Below, piece after piece: positions 55,665 through 64,000 of a stretch of 64,000 bases of DNA; the stretch's first letter is position 1, and each line of letters starts with the position of its first letter. The notes under the pieces were generated by a model, which was given only the letters and a program-made list of their open reading frames with translations, did no database searches and was not told the DNA's origin. A program made the position numbers and the translations under genes. The DNA is from Octopus bimaculoides (lineage: Eukaryota), in contig NC_068984.1 in NCBI RefSeq assembly GCF_001194135.2, positions 120,105,034 through 120,169,033 of the forward strand, written 5' to 3'.

Positions 55665-57321
55665 GAGGCTGCAAAGTGACTTAAGGGGTGAGAGTTCTAT
55701 ATATGGCAAACTTATACATAAGTATATATGTATGTGATTTTGTGTCTGTGTGTTTATGTATGCGAATGCTCTCTTCTTCTTGGAGATGGTAGAGCTGATG
55801 CCACCTCCACTGAGGTGTTCTCACCTCACTTGTATCCTTTTTTCATCTCCTTTGTATTGTCATCACCCACCAAGCCATACCCTAATCGCTGCATCTACTC
55901 CTTCCTTCTTACGATGCTGGTTTACTGGAGTTTCCTCCCTTTTCATGTTTTCCCTTCACACGGTATTGACTAGGAACGCCTGTGACAGCCACCAGCAATG
56001 CCTCTTCTTCCAAATCCTGCAAGTGAAAAGAAGATAATAAGTGGATATATATCAGAGTCTCTTTATCTGGTGTCCTAATATCCTATGAATTCAGCTAGCC
56101 ACGAACTACCAGCAGTGGTTTATGGTGGTTGTTGTATTGGGTGTGCTGCCACATCCAATTCCACCAAATTTCAAGCAGGGGTATAACAAAAGTCTTCCAT
56201 TAAGATGTGTGATTAAATTAAAGAGTAAGCTTAATATTCATAACAAATTTGCCATATTCGATAGGTGTGCAGTACACACTTGTCACACCCAGAGTACATG
56301 CCCTTGACTACCAGTCATTTACTTGAGTCAGACATCACATCGACTATATATCTTTACCAAGACATTGGCACAATCCATATTGGTGAGACACTGTAATTGA
56401 TGCATGACTCAAATTAGTAATGCACAACTTAACCTTTTAGTATTCAGATTATTCTACCAAATACAATGCTTATTCATTCACATTGATGTGAATTAATCAT
56501 GCATTATCTCATAGCTTTGAGATTTCAATGAGGTAATTGCTTATGCTTTCAATGACAGACATTGTTAAAGGTGTGAGAGGGCAGATCTGAACAGTTTGAA
56601 CATAAAGCAAGTAAAAAAATTTGGGATTGGGTTTGTGTGGTTTAAATGCTAAAGGGTTAAATTGGTGCATAACCCAAATTGGTAAATAACTCAAATTTTG
56701 GAAGAACTTAAATTGATGCACAACCCAAATTAATACATAATTTATATATGTATAGCGCTAAATGATGGGTGACACAAATTATGCAGAACTCAATTTGCTC
56801 TTCAACCCTATTTGGGTTGAATAGTGATTTGAGTTCTGCATAATTGTTAGTGTAATCTTGGAGGGGATTATAGAGACATAATCTTTTATTGTTGAAATAT
56901 TTGATGAAATGTAAAATGATTAGGAATATGGCTGTATGGTCAAGAAGTTCACTTTGCAACCATATAGCTTCAGGTTCAGTCCCACTGCATGGCGCCTTAT
57001 GCAAGTGCCTTCTGCTATAGCCCTGGGCCAACTAATACCTTGTAATTGAATTAGCAGCGTGAAACTGTAGAAGCCTCCTCTGTGTGTGTGTGTTTCATAG
57101 TGACTGTGTTTAAATAAATAACAGATTCAAACAGAAAATTAAGTAATGGGGGCAATTGTTCGACCGGAACCCTTTAAGGCAGCTCCAATGCAATGATTGT
57201 AACAAGTAAAAGAAGATAAAATGAAGATGTCGTTCATTAAGCAATTGATATAGAAGCATTTCAGCCATCAGTTACTGGCAAGTATAACTTGATAGAGTGT
57301 ACCATGGTTTTGCTTATTGTT

Positions 57322-57480
57322 TTAGATGCCCATGGAGTCACTGTTCTCCTGAATTATGTCTTCTGAAAACAACATGTCTATTTTGTGCTTAATAAACTCT
57401 ATGTCTCTAGGAATGTGTCTTGAAGCTGTTGTGATTGGTTTGTGCTTAGAGATTTTAATGGCTGGAAGTAGTTCACAAGC
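57322..57480 (-). mobile_element. Ty3/gypsy pol scrap (segment just before RT)
   Basis: KPITTASRHIPRDIEFIKHKIDMLFSEDIIQENSDS resembles the gypsy 'KPI...RR......I...I..LL..GII..S.SPW' region. Confidence 0.55.
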
Positions 57481-57724
57481 AGATTGAGACACCCTTTCAG
57501 CACTCACATCTTTCTTTGGTGGTAAGTCTAGGATATGATACCTGGAGGGGAAGACGGTTGTATCAGCACTAGACCAGTACGTTTTCTTAATGACCCCCAA
57601 AAAGATCAATGACAAAGTTACCTTTGCAGGATTTGAACTCACAGTGTAGGAAGCAAGAACAAATGTTGCAATGCAACATCTGATACTTTAGTAACTCTGC
57701 CATTTAGCAACGCTACCTTAAACA

Positions 57725-58060
57725 TATGCCTTACTTCCTTACTTGCTATTGACGGCCCGTCACATGTGATGACAGCATCATTCCAGGACATTCATCCTCC
57801 TCTACCTCCAGCATATTGTTCCTTATGATAGTGGATGTGGCTGACAAGATTGATGCAAGATAGGCAGATCCTGTAGCACTGAGGGGCACCCAAAATGACA
57901 CTGAACAACAGCTATAACAAGTTAATGACAATGTCTCCTCCTCTTTATGTGCAATCTCTTGTGTTTGGTTCCTGAACACCTTTCTCCAGCATCACACAGA
58001 AACTTCCAGGCCTTCTGATTATCTGCCAGGGTTTCCAGCTGATTGGGAGGGACACTGCAT
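57725..58060 (-). mobile_element. RTE/BovB-like LINE 3' end
   Basis: Minus strand: PPNQLETLADNQKAWKFLCDAG...RRRH...CPQCYRICLSCINLVSHIHYH (C-terminal CxxC/H zinc knuckle), then a short GTAAGGAA-repeat tail. Confidence 0.7.
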
Positions 58061-58299
58061 ATGCAGTAAGATAAGTGCTATGATACAATATTTATCATAA
58101 ACAAAAATTAAAGTGCATTTCTCCAAAAAATATATCAAATTTTAATTTTTTTTAATTAATTTTTTTTTAATATAGTTTCAGCTCAGAGCTGCGGCCATGC
58201 TGATGCACCACCGTTTTTAATGTATTATATTATTGGAAAATTGTTTTATATTTAAATATAAAAAAAAAAAGAAGAAAAAGGTTGAGTTGCAGAGGGTTT

Positions 58300-58730
58300 A
58301 TTGATTTACTATAATGGATTCTGGTGGTTAAAAGTTGGGAAATGCAGGCTCCTCATGGTCGCTTGACCTGTTAGAAATATCAGCCTAATCTTCTTCATTT
58401 GAGGTGCAATAGTGGGTCTCTGTTGTTTGATGATGAAGATCCATCCATTTTCTCTGTCCACTATTCCTGCAAGAGTCATGGAGGTAGAGTTCTCAGGCAC
58501 CTCCTCTATAGTGTCCTATAAGAAGCAAGTGTCATATTTCCTGGCTGGATTCCCAAGCATGACCAATTGAAACTATGGATATTTTCCAATCATTTCATTT
58601 TTAGTCCACCCCTAGGTAGCTTGGCTTGAAGAATCCACCTTATGATTCTTTCCTGAGTAATCTGCTATTGAATTGATGTGCAAGTGGTTAAGCACATCTA
58701 TGCTTAATATATTTCTCAGTCTATCTTTTG
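58300..58730 (-). mobile_element. RTE-type LINE 3' fragment, decayed
   Basis: Minus strand: PRGGLKMK*LENIHSFNWSCLGIQPGNMTLASYRTL*RRCL resembles an RTE C-terminus. Confidence 0.5.
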
Positions 58731-59845
58731 AAAAGCTGTACCTTTCAAATTAAAGGTATAATCCACTCAAGAGGCTTCTATACAGTTTCCATCTATCTGG
58801 TTTTACTCATAAGGTATGAGTCTCCCTGAGGCTATGAAATAGTTATATTTACCCAAGATGCTATACAGTAGAATCATTCCTGAGACTTCATGGTTGTGAA
58901 GCAAAAGTCCTAACCATTCATCTGTATTGTGACTATATTTCTACATATCATGTGATCATGTGACAAACCAGACTATCAGATGTTATTACAGACTGCTGGT
59001 TGCAATGCACTTTGCATCGTTTTAACCTTCAAATGACACCACCCAACTGGCTAGGCAAGCAGGCCAACATTCCTTCCTGATTGAAAGCAGGACTGGAGCA
59101 ACATGAAACACAATGTGCTGCTTAGGCTGGGAATCGAACCCATGATCTAATGATCATAAGTGCAACAGCCTAACCACTAAGTCATGTGCTTTCACTTCTA
59201 CGTATACTGCGTGAAAAAGAAAACAAAAAAAAAGCAAACAAAGATGTAAAAATGGGGTGGTCATTGATGGAATGTCTTTCATCGTAGGTTTGCTCAATAA
59301 ATGCAGAACTAGGGTTAAGCAACAATAACAACATTGATTTCTTCCAAACAAATTTTGTTTTAGGAATTGGAAGCTAGGCTAATGATGTTAATCTGTATTA
59401 TCATAAATGAATTCTTACATTGGCACAAGGCCAAAAATTTCTGCAGTCAATTCAATTGAGTCTAGTCCCTGCTGGTATTTGTTTTTATCGACCCTGGTCA
59501 GATGAAAGCCCAACTTGACCTTGGAGGTCAGCTTTGAGACTGCAGAAAAAAAAAAGTAAAAATTGTTGGATGAAATAAAATACTTATGGCAATTAATCTG
59601 TTGGCCTACCATTTATTTCTTTTACATATACATTTATGCATATCAATATGTATATATATATATATACACACACACACATATACATATATATATGTATCAT
59701 TGTTATCATCATTCATCATTTAATGTCCATTTTCCATGCTAGCTTGGGTATAGCTTGGACAGTTCAGCAAGGGCTGAAGGACCATAGGACTGCGCCAAGC
59801 TTGCACTCTCAGCATCGTCCCTTACCTCTTTATATNNNNNNNNNN

Positions 59846-59884
<39 letters not shown>

Positions 59885-60343
59885 TTCATACATGCAAACA
59901 TGCATATGCTTATGTATATAGATCATAGGGCATCAAGCTATGAAAACTATGCCAAAGCTGACATTAGAGCTCAATGCAGCCCTGTGGGTCACCAGATCCT
60001 GTTAAACCATTCAACCCATGCCAACATGCCAGCATGGAAAAGAGACATTAAATAATGGTGATGATGATGTGTACATGTATATATACACATGATCATTACA
60101 AAACTGGAGATTTGGCTGTAACAAAAATCTATTATTGTTACGTCATAAAGATTATGTAATTCATGATGTAATTAATGATGTAATGGTAAAGAAATTTTGC
60201 TTTTACCGAATCTCTAGTTTAACTTGGATATACACTCTGTAATCTATTTAAATAATATAAAGCTAAACAAAAATCAGAGAACAAATGATGTTTAATACCT
60301 AACTGCTAGTTGGACAGATATAGATTTACATGAAGATCTAAGC

Positions 60344-60606
60344 CAGTGGTTCTAAACCAGGATCCACATGGCCCTTGGGGGTCCTTATAACATTTGCTGT
60401 TAAAATTTATGTGTAATAAATTGGTTGTACTTTTACAATACACAAAATATTTTAACAATTTTTTGTTTTTAAAACAATTCCTAATAATATTTGATTATAA
60501 AATATAATGGGACTTTTTTTTAAACATTGAATATTTATTAGGGTCCAGGAGAGTAAAACAGGAATCAAAGGGCTCCATAAGTGAAAAAAATGGTTGAGGA
60601 TCACTG
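60344..60606. mobile_element. hAT (Charlie-like) MITE
   Basis: Termini CAGTGGTTCTAAACC / GGTTGAGGATCACTG; 8-bp TSD ATCTAAGC/ATCTAAGT. Confidence 0.85.
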
Positions 60607-61979
60607 ATCTAAGTAAACGTTAACTGTTTCACCGTCTCTTGAAATAGTAACTTTTCAACACAGCATCATCATCATCATCATTGAACATTCGTTGTCCATG
60701 CTGGATGGTGTAACTAGAGCTGGCAAGCTGGGGGTAGTGGTGGTAGTGGAGGTGCACCAGATATATGCTTATGTGTAATTTGGCATGGTTTCTATGACTG
60801 GATGCCCTTCCTAACACCAACTACTTTACAGCATGTACTGGGTGCTTTTACATGTCATGTATGGATCCTTTTATGTGGCACCATATGGGTGCTTTCACGT
60901 GGCACTACCATTAATGCTTTAGATCATCAGGAGGATTGGTCTTAACACTTCTGCTGCAGAGTACAATATATATGTGTTTTGTGTATATGTATATATTTAT
61001 ATGCATGTGTGTGTATGCGTGTGTGTACTATATATATATTTGTATATATGGTGGACAGTTTTTTTTTAAGTGTGTTGTATTAAAGACATGACGATATTCT
61101 AATTTAATCTTTTTTATTAACATTTTCTCAATTCTGTACATCAGAGCCTTATAATTTGTTTGGGGCAATAAAGTTCCCAAATGGTTTACAGGCTATCTCA
61201 GTCTTGGTTTCAGGATGTGGAGGGGCTTTGGCATCTATGCTTTTTATAGTGGACACATTTATGCAGAATTTCTTGCCAGAACTTGATCATTATAGTATAA
61301 GTGTTCTGCATTAATGGATTCGCATTTGTGATGTTTGTACGTTGTATGTTAATTGTTGCACTTGTGTTGCTCCATTAGTATCCCCGACACCATAAAACAA
61401 AGCTAGATAGGAAAACATTAATAAAAAATACTTTCATACTTAATAGAATTTCCCATGGGGAAAAACAAGTCTGGTTTTGGATGCAATACTAATATCAGAA
61501 AACAAGGCTACAAATTATCATACAATATACACATTCCACAACCACAAATCAAATGATGTAGAATGCTAACAATCTAAAGGTCAATTTCTGGTAGGAAAAT
61601 CTGTATAAATATAAGGCTTCTATTGCAAAGAGGGCAGTGCAGAAGCCAAAATCATTCTTCAATCTGAAGATGAAGTTGAGATATCCTGGAAGCATTGGAA
61701 AATAAATGAATTCAAGAAATTTTATTGTTCCAAATGAATTATATGAGTCTGATGTACATACATAAGAAAATGTTAATAAAAAAATATTAGGCGTGGGTGT
61801 GACTGTGAGGTAAGAAGTTTGCTTCCTAATCACGTGGTTCCAGTTTCAGTTCCATTGTGTGGAACCTTGGGCAAGTGTCTTCTACAATAGCCTCAGGCTG
61901 GTCTAAGTCTGGTGAGTGGATATGGTAGATGGAAACTGAAAGAAGCCTGTTGTATGTATATATATATATATGTATATAA

Positions 61980-62203
61980 TTTTTATTGCCCACAAGGGGC
62001 TAAACATAGAGGTGACAAACAAGGACAGACAAAGGGACTAAGTCGATTACATCGACCCCAGTGTGTAACTGGTACTTATTTAATCGACCCCAAAAGGATG
62101 AAAGGCAAAGTCAATCTTGGCGGAATTTGAACTTAGAATGTAGCGGCAGACGAAATGCCGTTAAGCATTTCGGCTGGCGTGGTAATAATTCTGCCAGCTT
62201 GCC
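61980..62203 (-). mobile_element. near-complete SINE family A nested in the internal microsatellite of a B/C SINE
   Basis: Reverse-complement match to 30308-30530. Other family A copies at ~6362, 10200, 12410, 17337, 19560, 32720, 36890, 45310, 47050, 47950 and 59420. Confidence 0.85.
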
Positions 62204-62213
62204 ATCTTAATAA

Positions 62214-62303
<90 letters not shown>

Positions 62304-62539
62304 GTACATATGTGTGTCTTTGAGTCTGTGTTTGTGTCCCTCACGACCGTGTTTATGTCCCCATAACTTTGCAGTTTGGCAAAAGACACTAATAGAATAA
62401 GTACTAGGCTTTAAAAAAAATAAAAGCACTGAGGCTGATTCATTTGATTAAAATTCTTCAAAGCAGTGCTCCAGCATGGCCACAGTTTAATGACCGAAAT
62501 AAGTAAAAGTGTGAAAGGATTAAAAGTTGTAGCCTATGC

Positions 62540-63250
62540 TCCACAATCTGGGGTGGCAAATAATCAGAAGGACCACTTTGATGAAATCCTTTTAGAGTAT
62601 AGTGCCCCTGGATGGATTCTTGGAGGTGCATAGAGGTTACAGTTTCAGTGCTAGAAGTGAGGACGGGAAAAAGGCTACTGGAGTTCTGTGATGATCTGCG
62701 ATGCTAATTTCAGGAAATCTGCCAGCCACCCGATCACCTATCAATCTAGTAGGTACATAAGCCAGAGTGATAACATTCTCACCAGAAAATGAGACAAACA
62801 GATGCTAGTGACTGCAAGGTCTTTCCCAGATAAAGAATGTATAATCCAACATAAATAAGTGGTTAGTGATTCAGACTTGGAGCTAGAAGGCCTCAGAGAA
62901 ATAAACCAATCTGGAAAAGAAAGATATGGAAGTTCAAAGACCCCAAAGATATTTAGAGAAATTCTAGCTGAAGCACTTAGTGAAAAAGAGTTAGAAGTTA
63001 GAAATGTATAAACAAGAGGACAGCTAGAAGTTCCTATGGGATGACCTATTGAGTCTACCCAAAACATCTGTGACTAGTGCAATATTTTGGCAAAACTGAG
63101 TGGGACGCGGTGGTAAAAAAAACCTATAAAAAGTAAAAAGACAGGCCTGAAAGGACTGAAAAAAATGGAGGTAGCAGAGAATTGTATTAGGTACTCAGAA
63201 GGGAAGCTAGGCAATGGGTCTATAAGATTAAAGAAGAAACAGAAAGTAGG
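62540..63250 (+). mobile_element. RTE-clade LINE fragment (AP-endonuclease C-terminus and linker), decayed
   Basis: Manual translation: GVHRGYSF.ARSEDG..LLEFCD...NFRKSASHPITYQS...DNILTRK...SFPDKECIIQHK*VVSD...WKRKIWKFKDP...KRQA*KD*KNGGSRELY*V.RREARQ. Confidence 0.8.
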
Positions 63251-63443
63251 AAAGCCCCAAGTCCATTAGGATACTTTATTCATCTCAGTAGTGATGCCAT
63301 CTAAAAGACACCTGTTTTTGTCTCTCTCATGCCTCTCAACATCTGACAGAAAGTTATCTCTCCCTCTATCAAATACACACCAATTCAGTTGAGTGGGGGT
63401 GCTTTTCTTTTCTTGTCTGAAATTTTAAGGTGTTTCCCCTGTG

Positions 63444-63486
<43 letters not shown>

Positions 63487-63690
63487 CAACGTTATTTTAT
63501 TCCACGTTATTTTATAAGTAGAAATATAGGAAACTTTTTAAGACCATTCATGTGACTAACCTCTATCAATCAAGTCCTATTCAAAACATATACTAAATTG
63601 AGCCATGAACTCCCTATAAAAATAGAACAAGCTTCAAACACTAGTCAGAAGCAAGACACTTGTGATATAAGTCACATTTTTCTATTTCAA

Positions 63691-63729
63691 CTTTTGAAAA
63701 TCAGTGTAAATTGTGAAACCGGTTAAAAA
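63691..63729 (+). ncRNA. minimal hammerhead-like motif (U3/A8 variant)
   Basis: TT|TTGAAAA|TCAGT-GTAA-ATTGT|GAAACCGGTT|AA: palindromic ACCGGT stem III and GNRA-capped stem II, but stem I is only 2 bp. Confidence 0.3.
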
Positions 63730-64000
63730 TTTAAATATAATAAAAAAATATTTTAACTATTCTCAATGCATTTTCAATTTCTGTTTGTCCTATATATATA
63801 TACAGAGAGAGAGAGAGAGAGAGGAAGAGAAGATCGATAGATAGAGCAATGAAAAAGGAGATAGAGAGAGAGAATTAAAGAGAAAATGTAAATATTATGA
63901 AGAAAATTGGTTATTTTTCTTTATTTATGTCCAGACAGCATGAATGGTGTTTGCAGTAGAACAGTATCTGTTTTGGAGAGACAACTACACTGCCTTCATG

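Overview
AT-rich, gapped eukaryotic scaffold that looks like an intron or intergenic stretch of an octopod (coleoid cephalopod) genome. The organism is inferred from the recurrent tRNA-derived SINE families and the extreme (TA)n/(CA)n/(GAT)n microsatellite load, not confirmed by a search. No intact host gene can be recognised; nearly all ORF-track entries are microsatellite or N-gap read-throughs. What is clearly present is a transposon graveyard: three DD34D mariner relics plus a small remnant, two DD37D maT relics, mariner, hAT and TTAA (piggyBac-type) MITEs, several RTE-LINE fragments, a Ty3/gypsy pol scrap, two Penelope-like GIY-YIG fragments, and dozens of SINE copies from at least four families, often nested. 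The most interesting signals are (i) a 1.76-kb Penelope-like element with ~200-bp inverted termini and a degenerate hammerhead-ribozyme fold in its 3' region, plus other U3-variant hammerhead-like motifs elsewhere; (ii) a locally templated chimeric insertion inside a mariner; (iii) SINE self-nesting with clear target-site duplications (TSDs); and (iv) a few weak candidate host micro-exons. I did not find a convincing wholly new biological system. SINE and LINE boundaries are approximate (about +/-20 bp).
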